A stretch of DNA of 64,000 nucleotides. Source: Mobula hypostoma. Taxonomy: Eukaryota. Every line of letters begins with the position of its first letter. Position 1 is the first letter of the stretch. The stretch spans positions 6,200,001-6,264,000 of the forward strand of contig NC_086097.1 of NCBI RefSeq assembly GCF_963921235.1, in the 5' to 3' direction. Shown one piece after another: positions 1-13,161 of the stretch. Under the pieces are notes generated by a model. It did no database searches and was not told the DNA's origin. It was given only the letters and a program-made list of their open reading frames with translations. The position numbers were made by a program, and so were the translations under genes.

Positions 1-575
1 AGTCATAGTCATAGTCATACTTTATTGATCCCAGGGGAAATTGGTTTTCGTTACAGTTGCACCATAAATAATAAATAGTAATAGAACCATAAGTAGTTAA
101 ATAATAATATGTAAATTATGCTAGTAAATTATGAAATAAGTCCAGGACCAGCCTATTGGCTCAGGGTGTCTGACCCTCCAAGGGAGGAGTTGTAAAGTTT
201 GATGGCCACAGGCAGGAATGACTTCCTATGATGTTCTGTGTTGCATCTGGGTGGAATGAGTCTCTGGCTGAATGTACTCCTGTGCCCACCCAGTACATTA
301 TGTAGTGGATGGGAGACATTGACCAAGATGGCATGCAACTTAGACAGCATCCTCTTTTCAGACACCACCATGAGAGAGTCCAGTTCCATCCCCACAACAT
401 CACTGGCCTTACGAATGAGTTTGTTGATTCTGTTGGTGTCTGCTACCCTCAGCCTGCTGCCCCAGCACACAACAGCAAACATGATAGCACTGGCCACCAC
501 AGACTCGTAGAACATCCTCAGCATCGTCCTCAGATCCTCAGATGTTAAAGGACCCCAGTCTCCTCAGGAAATAGG
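1..575 (-). mobile_element. Rex1/Babar-type non-LTR retrotransposon, 3' fragment
   Basis: ORF 153..524 (MLRMFYESVVASAIMFAVVCWG...SFLPVAIKLYN) is a typical Rex1/Babar C-terminus; (CTATGA)n tail at 1-18; close sister copy at 34123-35873. Confidence 0.85.
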
Positions 576-734
576 CATAGGTTTAAAGATTTAATAGGAT
601 TTAATAGGAGCTTGAAGGGCAGCTTTTTTTCCTGGGGAGTTGTCAGTATATATAGTGATTTGCCAAAGTAAGTGGCTGAGGATTGTACAGTAACAACTCT
701 TAAACGACATTTTTTATTTAGAGATACAGCACAG

Positions 735-3582
735 AGATGGAAACATACAACTGGCACCTCCTCGGGCTCTGTGAAGCCAGATGGAAGAACGCTGGAGAAG
801 TGCATACTGAGGAAGGACATTTACTCTATTGTAGCAGAGAAGAGAACAGACATGAAAATGGCGTAGGGTTCCTAGTCAACAAATCCATCAAGAACACTGT
901 TCTAGGATGCCAACCAGTGTCAATCAGGCTCATGACCATTCGCCTGTGAGTGAAGCCATTCAACATCACGGTGGCACGAGCCTACGCCCCAACAATAGAC
1001 TACAACGATGAACACATTGCAGAATTCTATAAGAAACTACAAGATGTCATTGACAAGGTGGACAAAAAAGATATTTCAATCATTCAGGGTGACTGGAATG
1101 CCAAGGTGGGCAGAGCCGCACAAGATGAGTTGGGGAGATCTCATCGGCCCCTCATGCAATGACACCTCCAATGAGAGGGGACTACGCCTGCTGGAATTTG
1201 CCATTTGTAACAACATGGTGCTGACGAACACACTTGGAGAGAACAAAGCATCCCAAAGATGGACCAGGCATGCCCCCAGTGGTCAACATCACCAGATTGA
1301 CTACATCCTGGGGCAAAGACGGCACAAATCTGGTGTGAACAGACCGAAGACCAGAACTTTCCCAGGTGCAGACGTGGGCAGTGACCATGACCTTGTCATG
1401 ATGAACATCAGAGTGCGCTTGAGGAGAATCAACAAGCCAAAAAACAGTCGGCTGAGATTCGACCTTGAAGAACTGAAAGACCCCGCCATCTCTGAAGAAT
1501 TTCAGGCAGCAGTTGGGGGGAAGTTTGCACCAATACTCCTCCTTGATGAAGACCTGGAGACCACCACAAATGATTTTAACACAGTGATGACAGAAACAAC
1601 AAGCAAGATTCTGGGGAAAAGCCACCGCAAGTCGAAACCATGGGTCACTAACAAGATACTGGATATGTGTGACACAAGAAGGAAATTAAAGAAAGATAAA
1701 AACACAGCAGAGGGAAGAACAGAATACAGGAAAATCAACAAGGAAATCAGGAGGTAAATGAAGGAAGCAAAGCAAAGATGGATAGCCGAACAATGTGTGG
1801 ACATTGAAGACAGCCTCTCCAACAACAACACAAAGAAGGCATTCCAACTGGTGAAGGATCTTACCAAAGAAAAACAAGCCAAAGTGAACATCATCCAAGA
1901 CAAAAATGACAGAAGTCTCATAGAAGAAAAGGAAATAATGGAAAGCTGGACAGAGTACTGTGTTCAGAACTGTACAATTACCAGAGCAAAGGGGATCCAA
2001 GCGTGCTGAATGTGCAGGAGTCTTCCAATGAGGAAGACTATCCTATCATGCATGAAGAAGTTGAAGCTGCAATACGATCACTCAAGTGAGGGAAGTCAGC
2101 CGGAGTTGACAACATCCCTGCTGAACTGCTGAAGCAAGGAGGAGAAGCCACGATAGACATGCTTACCACCATCTGCAATGACATCTGGCAGACAGGTGAA
2201 TGGCCAACACCTTGGACTCAGTCGCAGATCACTGTGCTTCCCAAGAAAGGCAATCTCCAACTTTGCCAGAATTACTGTACCATCAGTTTGATCAGCCATG
2301 TAAGCAAGGTAATGCTCAGAATCATCTTGAACAGACTGAGACCTCAGGCAGAAGACATCATTGCCGAGGAACAAGTAGGGTTCTGTAAGGGCAGAAGCAC
2401 CACTGAGCAGATTTTCAACCTCTGCACCCTCTGTGAGAAACACCTTCAGCACCAGAGAGAGTTCTACCACATCTTCATAGACTTCAAGAAGGCGTTTGAC
2501 AGAGTCTGGCATGATGCCTTATGGGCCACCATGAAGAAATTCAACATGGGGCAGAAGCTGATTCATACAATCCATCAGCTTTACGCCAAGACAACCAGTG
2601 CAGTGCTCGCTCAGGGCACCATCGGGGAGTGGTTCCATACCACTGTAGGAGTTCGTCAGGGCTGCCTCCTCTCCCCCACTCTCTTCAAAGTCTTCCTGGA
2701 ATGAATCATGAGTGTTGCCTTCGAAGATCATGTGGGCACAGTCAGCATCGGAGGGAGGAACATCTCAAACCTAAGATTTGCTGACGACATTGATGGACTT
2801 GCAGGAAAAGAGGACTAATTGGCCAACCTAGTCAGCCATCTTGATGGAGCCTCCACAAAGTTTGGAGTGGAAATAAGTGCCGAGAAAACCAAGCTCATAG
2901 TAAATGCCAACAGAGCCATCACATCTCAGTCCATGGTCAGAAACTTGAGACAGTGCAGCAGTTTAAATACCTGGGGGCAATCATTAGTGATGAAGGATCA
3001 AGACCAGAAGTCCTGGCAAGAACCGCACAGACAATGACTGCACTATCCAAACTCAAGACAATATGGAGGGACAGCAACCATCACCATGAAGTACAAGATC
3101 AGACTCCTGCGTGCACTGGTATTCTCCATCTTCCTGTACGCATGTGAGACATGGACCCTCACAGCAGAGCTACAGAGGAAGATACAGGCATTGGGAATGA
3201 GATGCTATCGCAACATCCTGGGCATCCATACTTGGACCACATCACAAACGAGCAGGTCCGCAAGACCATCCAGCACCACATTGGCCCCCATGAAGACCTT
3301 CTCACAATGGTGAAGAAAAGTAAGCTGAGATGGTACGGCCACGTAACAAGATCCAGTGGCCTTGCAAAGACCGTTCTACAGGGAACTGTGGAGGGGAAAA
3401 GAAGGAGAGACAGACAGAGGGAAAGATAGATGGACAACATTAAAGAATAGACAGGGAAAACATTTGCAGTGACCCAGGCTCTGGCACACAACCACGAGAG
3501 ATGGAACAGACTGGTGCAAAGCTTGTCATGACGGTGCCCCGACGACTTCACCAGGAGTTAAAAGCGCAAGGCAAGGCAAGGC
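735..3582 (+). mobile_element. RTE-clade LINE (APE endonuclease + RT), slightly 5'-truncated, with stops and frameshifts
   Basis: APE motifs LGLCEARW, YAPT, QGDWNAKVG, QIDYIL, GSDHDLV; RT motifs FIDFKKAFDRV, GVRQGCLLSPTLF, LRFADD (~2770); RTE C-terminus LRWYGHV; (CAAGG)n tail; 9-bp TSD ACAGCACAG at 726-734 and 3583-3591. Confidence 0.92.
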
Positions 3583-3810
3583 ACAGCACAGTAACAGGCC
3601 TCTCCTGGTCCAATGAGCCTGTATTGCCCAATTACACCCATGTGACCAATGAACCTACATGTCTTTGGAATGTGGGAGGAAACTGGAGCACCCAATGGAA
3701 ACCCACGCAGTCAAGGGGAGAACGTACAAACGCTTTACAGACAGTGGTGGGAATAGAGCCTGAGTTGGTGGTGCTGTAATAGTGTTACACTAACCACTAC
3801 GCTACTCTGC
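3583..3810 (-). mobile_element. tRNA-derived V-domain SINE (HE1-like); its 3' tail lies at ~711-734, separated by the RTE insertion
   Basis: Minus strand has a tRNA-like head followed by the V-core GGGTTTCC..GGGTGCTCCAGTTTCCTCCCACATTCCAAAGAC. Confidence 0.75.
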
Positions 3811-4199
3811 TACCCTTGGACAACTACATGGATAGGAAAGGTTTACCAGGAAATGGGCCAAATGCAGACAACTGGGACTAATGTAGATGGGCATCTTGGA
3901 GTCAGCGTGGAGCAGTGGGGCCAAAGAGCCTGTTTCCATGCTGTATGACACCAAGACTCTGACCTTAAATGCCTGCCTTTTGAGGAAGTCTGAGGTGATT
4001 GCAAACACCCACTATTTGTCTGCCTACTTCTGTGGGTAGATGGGAATCTGATGAAGCAGCAAACAGTCTGCTGGAGTAACTCAGTGGATCAGGCAGGAGC
4101 GTCCTAATGAAGGGTTTCAACCTGAAATGTTGACAGTGCTTTTCCTCCCACAGACCCCAGCTCCACCCGCAGAGTACCTCCAGCAGTTTCTGTTGATTT

Positions 4200-4635
4200 A
4201 TCAACTTCCTATCTGTTCTCCCCATCACTATTTTTCCATTCCCCATTCTGGCTCACCTCTTACTCCTTCCCTTCTCCTCATCTGCCTATGAGCTCCCACT
4301 GGTCTACCCCTCCCATGGTCCTTTCACCCATGGTCCACTCTCCTTTCGTAGCAGATTCTTTCTCCTCCAGCCCTTTACCTCTTCTACCTATCACCTTCCA
4401 GCTTTTTACTTCATACTCCCCTCCCCAACCTCTTGCTTTGCCCCCCACCCACCTGACTTCACCAATTACCTTCCAGCTTGTTCTTCTTACCCTCCCTCAA
4501 CATTGTCATTCTGTTGTCTTCCCTCTTTGTTCCAGTCCTGAAGAAGGGTTTAGGCCCAAAGCGCCGACTGTTTATTCATTTCCTTACATGCTACCGGATC
4601 TGCTGAGATCCTCCAGTATTTTGTGTGTGTTGTTC
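4200..4635 (+). mobile_element. Penelope-like element 3' terminus (pLTR) with degenerate hammerhead
   Basis: Pyrimidine-rich tract, then CAGTC-CTGAAGA-AGGGTTTAGGCCC..GACTG and the family tail CTGCTGAG..CTCCAG.ATTTTGTGTGTGTTG; same terminus as the RT/GIY-YIG copy at 39610-41545. Confidence 0.75.
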
Positions 4636-4821
4636 TAACAGGCTGTTTGTTGTTCCTGATTCAAGATCTGCAGTCGTTGTGTCTCCTCAGGAAGGCAATG
4701 AAACCTGACCTTGTGGAATGGAGGTCATTAGTGTCCGCCTGAATGCAGCACACATCTGCAAACTGCGCCAGATGATATCCAGCAACAGTTTTCTTTCTTT
4801 TGTACTGTATATACACAGGTT

Positions 4822-5482
4822 ATAAACACAAGAGATTCTGCAGAAGCTGGAAATCCAGAGCAACAGACACAAAATGCTGGAGGAACTCAGCAGCTCAGGC
4901 AACATCAATGGGAATGAACAACGTTTCAGGCTGAGACCCTTCTTCAGGACTGGAGAGGAAGTGTGGAAGACACCAGTATAAAAAGGTGGAGGTAGGAGAA
5001 GGAGGACAGGCTAGAAGGTGATAGGTGAATCCAGTTGGGTAGGAAAGGTAAAGGGCTGGACAGGAAGGAATCTGATAGGAGAGGGTATTGGACTATAGGA
5101 GAAAAGGAAGGAGGAGAGAGTCAGGGGGAGGTGATAGGCAGGTGCAAAGAGGTAAGAGGCCAGAATGGGGAAATGAAGAAGAGGGAGGGGGAGGGAATTT
5201 TTTTTACTGGAAGGAGAAATCGATAATCATGCCATCAGGTTGAAGGCTACCCAGGCAGAATATAAGGTATTGCTCCTCCACCCTGATGGTGACCTCACAA
5301 GAGGAGGCCATGCACTAATATGTCAGAACAGGAATGGATATTGGAATTAAAATGTTTGGCCAGTGGAAATTTCTGCTTGTGGAGGATGGAGCAGAGGTGT
5401 TCAATGAAGCGGTTCCCCAATTTATGACGAGTCTCACAAATGAAGAGGAGGCCACATCAGGAGCAGCAGACACAATATACAA
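4822..5482 (-). mobile_element. Penelope-like element 3' fragment (end of GIY-YIG region + pLTR)
   Basis: Minus strand matches the region after the GIY-YIG motifs of the 39610-41545 copy; hammerhead core CTGAAGA..GAAACGTT at ~4920-4952. Confidence 0.8.
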
Positions 5483-6125
5483 CCTTTATTGGGGTCATTA
5501 GCTTTACACACTGTTTTTTTTCCCATCTTGTTGAGTGTGGTCTTTGATTGATTTCTTTGTGTTTCCTGTATTTATTGTGATTGCCCGCAAGAAAATAAAT
5601 CTCCGGGTTGTGTATGGTGACATATAGTTTCTTTGATAGTAAATTTACTTAGAACTTTGAGCTTTCAGGTAGATTGAGAATTAGTGGGGCATTGAAGTCA
5701 ATGGAAGGGGAGCTGAAATCACATTTAATTAGCATACTTGAACAAAGGAGGTGATTTTGTCCAAAGTCTTACTGCTAAGGACTGGACAGCACTTCCCAGG
5801 TCCGTCGAATACAATTGCTTTCAGTTCCACTTATTAGGTCAAAGCTTTGGTGTCACAGTCACTGCCACTGTAATAAAGGGATAGTGGAGCAGTGTGACAA
5901 CTCTGAAATGTGAATAAGGCTTGTCTTTTTAAAAATTAAAAAATATATGCAGTCTGTTCCCTGCAGGAAATTACCAATAAACTGTTATTTGCTGAATTTT
6001 TTTATTCATTTAACAGATTAGCATGAAACTAATGGCTGGGAATCTGAATAACTCCCTCGATTTCCTCTCTGTGATTAACAGGATGTCAGATTAATGGGTT
6101 GGAACATAATATATCATAAACTCAA

Positions 6126-6225
6126 TCCTGAAGAAGGGTCTTGGTCCAAAACTTTGACTGTTTGTTCACTTCCATGGGTTCTGCTTGACCTGCTGAGTTT
6201 CTTCAGCATTTTGTGCATGTTGCTT
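6126..6225 (+). mobile_element. ~100-bp Penelope pLTR-only insertion starting at the hammerhead core
   Basis: Begins TCCTGAAGAAGGGTC; flanked by a 9/10-matching direct repeat ATAAACTCAA (6116-6125) / ATAAAATCAA (6226-6235). Confidence 0.7.
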
Positions 6226-6242
6226 ATAAAATCAAAAATATG

Positions 6243-6875
6243 TGTAATGTCCTGGTTCATAATTTTACTGTTATGCTGTATGTATTTCATTTTGTGCTGT
6301 TCTGTATTTCACTTTGGCAGTTCTGTGAGAGTCATTTGTTTTCCACTTATGTTTGAGTTATTCTTAAAGATAAGAGATGAGGAGAAATGTGTGCCATCCA
6401 ATTAGGATGGTCAAATTGAAGGGGAGGTTTCTCTGGTGAGGGATACTAAGGTTGGGCTTGGGTTATTTTTTGTTCAAGAGGAGATGAAGAGGGAAGACGC
6501 CGGAGAGAAGAGGTTGTAGGATTCGACCCAGAGCTGGACCATGATTCAACGAAGCCCAGGGTGAGATCGATTGAGGATGAGTGACCTGGGGAAACCGTGA
6601 GCTGCAACTTGTGCACGTTAGACTATTTCATTAAAATGGGACCTTTTCTTTGCTAATCCTTTAGTCAAATTAAGAATTATAAAGATAAATCTTTTAATCG
6701 TATGGGGTGTACTGTGTGTTATTTCGTGGCACTAATATGTATTAAGGTAGCGAATTACACAGCGTCTACTCAAACAAGGAGTCCGGGGTGGGTCCGCACC
6801 TCAATCTCACACGTTTGGCAGGGCCAGAGATTGTCTTCCCTAGAATTACTCAGCCGAGGAAACCAGGGTGTTTCA
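6243..6875. mobile_element. Solo LTR (633 bp)
   Basis: TG...CA termini (TGTAATG...GTTTCA) with 4-bp TSD TATG at 6239-6242 and 6876-6879; flanks rejoin into the duplicated segment seen at ~7715-7795. Confidence 0.8.
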
Positions 6876-7059
6876 TATGTTCAATTAGGCTCAGATGACA
6901 CATAATTACAATTAATGACCTCTCCAACATGGTAGACTTAGGACTCATCCTGAAATTTGGATGAGACTGGCTTTTAAACGTTTCTCATTTTTTCCTCAGA
7001 CAATATTCAGACAATTTTGCCCCTGAGAAAGACTTTCTTTTCTGATTCAGTGGGTGTGA

Positions 7060-7307
7060 CTACCAATCTGACTGCAAGGTGGAGCTGAACTGGTTACTGA
7101 CTGAGGCAGAGATTGCTCCCCGTCGAAGACAAATGGATTCACCAATAGAACTTGAGTTCAGACAGTTTCCATTTCTGTTGCTGGAGGGATTCAGCGATGT
7201 GTTTGCCAGAAGTATTTTTTTACTTTTGGCTGAGTTCATTTTGTCTCCTTCAGAAGATGTCTTAACTACTAGTTTGGTGGTGAAAGGGTTCAAATCTCTC
7301 GTCTCTA
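7060..7307 (-). CDS. Weak candidate host exon (Ser/Asn-rich)
   Basis: Non-TE-looking open frame TRDLNPFTTKLVVKTSSEGDK...FSSTLQSDW after a possible acceptor (ttttaattag); donor weak (gtagtc) or ends at TAG. No family recognised. Confidence 0.25.
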
Positions 7308-8419
7308 ATTAAAATTAGCCCTCTGGTTTAGACAATTCACAGGTAGCAGAAGACGTGTTTTGCTCCCTGCATTTTAAAAATGTGCAAGCTGGCCTCAGGT
7401 GACATGTCAATTATATAGTAATTCCAGTTATTTAAAGAGTTTTCCAAATAATTACCTTCTACTGTATTGCCATCAAAAGCAAACATTAATTCTTAATTAC
7501 TAATTGTTTTGTCCAGCGTTATCACATTAAACAGAAAAGATGAGATCTGGTCTCTGCAGAAAATGATCAGTAAACTATCATTTGATGAATTTTTAGATTT
7601 AATTAACAAGTCGTTGTGAATATTAGCGGTTGCAAGTCTGAATATCTCTCCCTGATTACCTCTCTGTGATTAGCATGATATCAGATGAAAGGTTTGAAAC
7701 ACAATATATCATTAGCTCAAAATATGTTCATTTATACTGAAGTATACATAATTACAAAATTCTCGGTGACCTACTCCAGAGCATGGTAAACTTATTTTAC
7801 CATGTGTTATTTCAGGAGAGAAACAAAAGCTATCAATTGGGGTAGAAAAATGTATTATTTAGGTAAAAGATTGAACTTGTTTAGATTTATAACTTTAAAC
7901 AACATGAAACAAGGAGCTCATCTTCTTATAATTTACTACCATGTCCATGACGTCTTGAATACTTTGATGCACCTCCTGCTCGTGGTTCAGCTCATTTCAG
8001 TTCATCCGTTGCATTCTTCACAAGCCTTCCTACTCCTTTCACTCGCCATTGCTTATACAGAAACCACACTGAGACAGACAGGAATGCTCTGCAACAAAAC
8101 TGCCCAAAGCACCAGCCGACCTGCCATCAAGAGCATATATACAGAAAGGTGCTGAGAAAGAAGCAGTAAAATCATGAAGGATCTCACCCACCTTGCTCAT
8201 TGATCGTTTGCCCCACACCCATTAGGGAGGAGGCTACATAGCATTTATGCCAAGACCACCAGACTCAAGAACAGTTACCTTCCCCAAGCAGTAACGCTGA
8301 TAAATATCTTCACCTACTACCCCACTCCTCCATACTCCTAATCCACCACTACTTTATCATTTCCTAACAGATTCACCTTATGTACAGTTACTCCTGTGTC
8401 CAGTGTCTGTTAAGTGTCT

Positions 8420-8733
8420 AATAGCAGAGGGCATGCATTAATGGTGAGGGGGGGGGGTAGGTTCAACAGGGATATGAGGGCTAAGTCTTTTATTCAGTGA
8501 GTTCTGGATGCCTGGAATGCCCTGACAGACATGTTGGTAAAGGCAATTACATTAGAGGCTTTTAGTTGTTGTTTGGATAGGCACATGGATGTAAGGAAAA
8601 TGGAGGGATATGGACCTGGTGTAGGTAGGAGGGATTAGTGTTTGGGAGTTTTTAATTTGCTTTTTAGCTGTTAGCACAACATTGTGGGCTGAATGGCCTG
8701 TTCCTGTGTTGTACTCTTCTATGTTCTATGTTC
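8420..8733 (+). mobile_element. CR1-clade LINE 3' fragment
   Basis: RGH..WNALP C-terminal remnant, GGGCTGAATGGCCTGTT 3' stem and TTCTATG tail. Confidence 0.75.
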
Positions 8734-10586
8734 TAGTGTCATGTTATAGAGATAAAATCAATATATGCATGTAAGCTATCTTATATATTTATTGTGTTTA
8801 TTTATTATTATGTCCTTTATATTATTATATTTTTTTTGTGCTGCATCAGATCTGGAGTAACAATTATTCCATTCCCCTTTATACCCGTGTACTAGAAATG
8901 ACATTAAATAATCTTCAATCTTGAATCAGGAAGTAATTATAACCCGTCCTTAATTATGCATTGGAGACAAGATCAAATAATATTAGAAGACACAGGAATC
9001 CAGGCATGTAAACAAAATGCATAGCTTACTATTACCATAAAGGAACAAAATTTAAGACGTCCACTTAAACTTTGTATTACAAATAAAAAGTATTCAAATA
9101 TTTACTTCATGTATATGTCAAATCATATAGATTTGGTCTGAGGGCCCAGAAATTGTGAATTGCTGGGAAAGGTTATCTATGTTTGCCACGCTACACCTTG
9201 TTTCTGTGGTCAAAATTGTCGCTGTAAGCTTCAGTGATACTTAAAGCTTGACTAGCCCTCGGTTTAGGGGATAAATTCATCTGAGAGCAGTGGCAGATGG
9301 GATTTAGATTGCAGTAGGATTGAGGGGAGAGGAGATGAGAACTTGGGCTTGGGAAGGAGTGTTGGATATAGATACTGAAGACTCGAGGCAGGGTGACAGT
9401 ACAAAAATTCCCTAATGATGTGCTTGTGTGTATTTCTTAACCATACAGTCATATTGCAAACACATCAACCATGTCATTGCTATTTTGTACTGTCTCACTT
9501 TCGCATCTTCCAAGGGGTATCAGAGGACCTGTTGGTCGAGTTCTGGAGCAATTGGTAGCTCATGGGAAATTTAAAATTCAAGATTCAAGATTGTTTAATG
9601 TCATTTTCAGTACACAAGTGTAAAGCAGAATGAAGTAATTGTTAGTCTGGATCCAATGCAGCACAAAAATATATAATAAGATAAAGACAACAATTATTGC
9701 CATCCATTTTCCGATTGTACATTGAACCCATGAACACTACCTCACCACCTTTTTATTTGTATTTTTGCACTATTACTTAATTTATCTGTATGTTTATGAA
9801 CTTCCTGTAATTAATGGTTTTTCTATTATTATGTATTGCATAGTACTGCTGTAGCAAAGACAAAATTTCACGACGCATGCCAGTGATATTAAAACAGATT
9901 CTGATTCTGATATGAAAACACAATAAGTACAAATACATAAAATAACTCACATATATGGATTGATATTATGTCCATAAAGTGACGTTTGGCACAGGGATGT
10001 TTGTACATAAGGTGATTCTGACAGGAAATGATAAAGTATTGGTGGTGAGGGGGTGTGGAGGGCTGGGGTAGTGGGTGCACGTGTTGATCAGCCTTACTGT
10101 TCTTGTAACTGTTTTTTGAGTCTGGTGATCCTGGTGTGGATGCTCTGTGGCCAATTCCCAAATAGGAGTGGGTCAAACAACCCATGAGCAAGGTGGGTGG
10201 AATCCTTCATGATACACTGGGGGTACTTGAAGAATAGACAGTAAGTAAAGAGCTTCGTTTGGTAGTGTTCTTTATCTTGTGCAGCACCATGAAGACAAGA
10301 TTGTCCCAGCAGCGACAGAGAATGGTCATTCCTGGGACCACATGGATGAATTTCCTTGGCAATGCCCTAAATATGCAGCAATGCCAATAGATAATGGCAT
10401 GTGATTGAGGGTGGATAACAGGATTCTGTCTGGGGAGATTATGTCTGCTGGTAGTGCAAAGGGAGATCTTCAAGTGAGTAGAGTTGCAAAGGGGTGTCAG
10501 GAGAGTGTAGACAGGAAAAGATGGGTAAAGATTGTGATGGGATCTGCAACCAAGTTCGGGGATCTCAATTAGATGAGGAGTGCCAA

Positions 10587-10836
10587 GGCAGCATAGTGGT
10601 TAGCATAGCGCCATTTCAGTGCCAGTGACCTGGGTTTACTTCTTGCCACTGTCTGTAAGGAGTTTGCATATTCTCTCTGTGGCATTGTGGGTTTCCTTCC
10701 GGTGCCCTGCTTTCCCCCAACATTCCAAAGACGTATGGGTTAGTAGGATAATTGGCCAAATGGGTACCATAGGGCAGCGCAGTCTTGTTGGGCCAGCAGG
10801 GACGATTACCTTGCTGCATCTCTAAATTAAATAAAA
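10587..10836 (+). mobile_element. V-domain SINE
   Basis: tRNA-like head GCATAGTGGTTAGC, V-core GGGTTTCCTTCCGGTGC..TTTCCCCCAACATTCCAAAGAC, TAAA tail. Confidence 0.75.
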
Positions 10837-10944
10837 TCATTCATTATATCATGAGAGACAGTGTAGCTTGATAAGGCCAGAGAAAACAGAATGGGAGACT
10901 TTGCTCAGAAGTCATGTTCTGAATAAATTGAATATCCAGAAAAT

Positions 10945-12550
10945 AGAGAATAGAAACACGGAAACATAGAAAACCTACAGCACAATACAGGCCCTTCGGC
11001 CCACGATGCTATAACGAACATGTACTTACTTTAGAAGTTACACAGGGTTTCCCATAGCCCGCTATTTTTCTGAGCTCCATGTACCTATCCAGGAGTCTCT
11101 TAAAAGGCCCTATCGTATCTGCCTCCACCACCATCACCTGCATAAAACAAAACTTACCCCTGACATCTCCTTTGTACCTACTTCCAGACACCTTAAAACT
11201 GTGCCCTCTCGTGTTAGTCATTTCAGCCCTGGGAAAATGCCTCTGATTATCCACACGATCAATGCCTCTCATCATCTTATACATCTCTATCAGGTCACCT
11301 CTAATCCTCCGCCACTCCAAGGAGAGAAGGCCAAGTTCACTCAACCTATTCTCATAAGGCATGCTCCCTAATCCAGGCAACATCCTTGCAAATCTCCTCT
11401 GCACCTTTTCTATTTTCCACATCCTTCCTCTAGTGAGGTGACCAGAAATGAGCACAGTACTCCAAGTGAGGTCTGACCAGGGTCCTATATAGCTGCAACA
11501 TTACCTCTCAGCTCTTAAACTCAATCCCACGGTTGATGAAGGCCAATGCACTGTATGCAGTCTTAACCACAGAGTCAACCTGCGCAGAAGCTTTGAGTGT
11601 CCTAAAGACTCGGACCCCAAGATCCCTCTGATCCTCCACACTGCCAAAAGTTTTACCATTTTACCAAGTCTTACAAAAAGAAGAACTTTTCTCCTTGGAA
11701 CGACCAAAGATGAGGGGTGACCTGATAGAGGTGTATAAGCTGATGAGAGGCATTGATCGTGTGGATAGTCAGAGGCTTTTTCCCAGAGCTGAAATGGTTA
11801 ACACAAGAGGACACAGGTTTAAGGTGCTGGGGAGTAGGTACAGAGGAGATGTCAGGGGTAAGTTTTTTATGCAGAGTGTGGTGAGTGCGTGGAATGGGCT
11901 GCTGGCAATGGTGGTGGAGGTGGATACGATAGAGTCTTTTAAGAGACTTTTGGATAAGTACATGGAGCTTAGAAAAATAGAAGGCTATGGGTAAGCCTAG
12001 TAATTTCTAAGGTAAGGACATGTTCAGCACAACTTTGTGGGCCGAACGGCCTGTTTTGTGCTGTAGGTTTTCGATGTTTCTATTAATACTATATTCTGCC
12101 ATCATATTTGATTGACCAAAATGAACCACCTCCATCTGCCACTTCTCAGCCCAATTTTGCATCCTATCGATGTCCCGCTGTAACCTCTGACAGCCCTTCA
12201 CACTATACGCAGCTCCCCCAGCCTTTGTGTCATCAGCAAATTTACTAATCCATCCCTCCACTTCCTCATCCAGAGCATTTATAAAAATCCTGAAGAGAAG
12301 GGGTCCCAGAACAGATCCCTGAGGCACACCACTGGTCACCGACCTCCGTGCAGAATATGACCCGTCTACAACCACTCTTTGCCTTCTGTGGGCAAGCCAG
12401 TTCTGGATCCACAAAGCAATGTCCCCTTGGATCCCATGCCTCCTTACTTTCTCAATAAGCCTTGCATGGGGTTCCTTATCAAATGCCTTGCTGAAATCCA
12501 TATACACTTCATCTACTGCTCTACCTTCATCAATGTGTTTAGACACATTG
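10945..12550 (-). mobile_element. CR1 LINE ORF2 3' part, interrupted by an oppositely oriented CR1 3' end (~11685-12082, + strand)
   Basis: ORF 12007..12585 (YMDFSKAFD, GVPQGSVLGP, KFADDTK) and 11009..11455 on minus; ORF 11695..11994 on plus encodes the same C-terminus; host rejoins as TTACCATT/AATACTATATTC. Confidence 0.88.
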
Positions 12551-13161
12551 ATGAAGGTAGATGTACAATATAATAACAAAGACAAAATGTGGATGATAAA
12601 AGATGGAATTTACAATGGTTGTGCTTCTTTTAAAAATTCAGCACATCTCAAAGTCCCTTGTAGCCAATTAAATGCTTTTTGCATGTAGATGCTATTATAT
12701 TGTAGTAAATTCAGCAGCCATTTTGTGCACTACAAGGATCTGTGATGTATTTGACCAGGGAAGTATTTCTCATGAAGTTGTTTTCAGTATAAGTGAGGGC
12801 CAAGATCTAGAAAAAAACATTTGTTATTTGTTTTCTAATTTTTGTTTGGAGATACCGTGCAGAGCAGTCCTTTCTGGCCCACTGAGCTGTGTCGCCCAGC
12901 AAACCACCTATTTAACCCTCTCCTAATCACAGGACAATTTACAATGACCAATTAACTGACTAACCCATATGTCTTTGGAATGTGAGAGGAAATTGAAAGA
13001 CTGGAGGAAACCCATGCTTGTTCAGAATCAGAATCAGAATCAGGTTTTAATACCTCTGGCATATGTTGTGAAATTTGTTGTTGTGCGGCAACAGTACATT
13101 GCAATACATAAAAGTTAAAACTATAGATTACGGTAAAAAGTATATACAGGTATATATTTTA

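Noticed and set aside
1182..2512. Long minus-strand ORFs (and similar ones at 30735-31571, 47457-47855, 48741-49589)
   Set aside because: Antisense shadows of LINE coding sequence.
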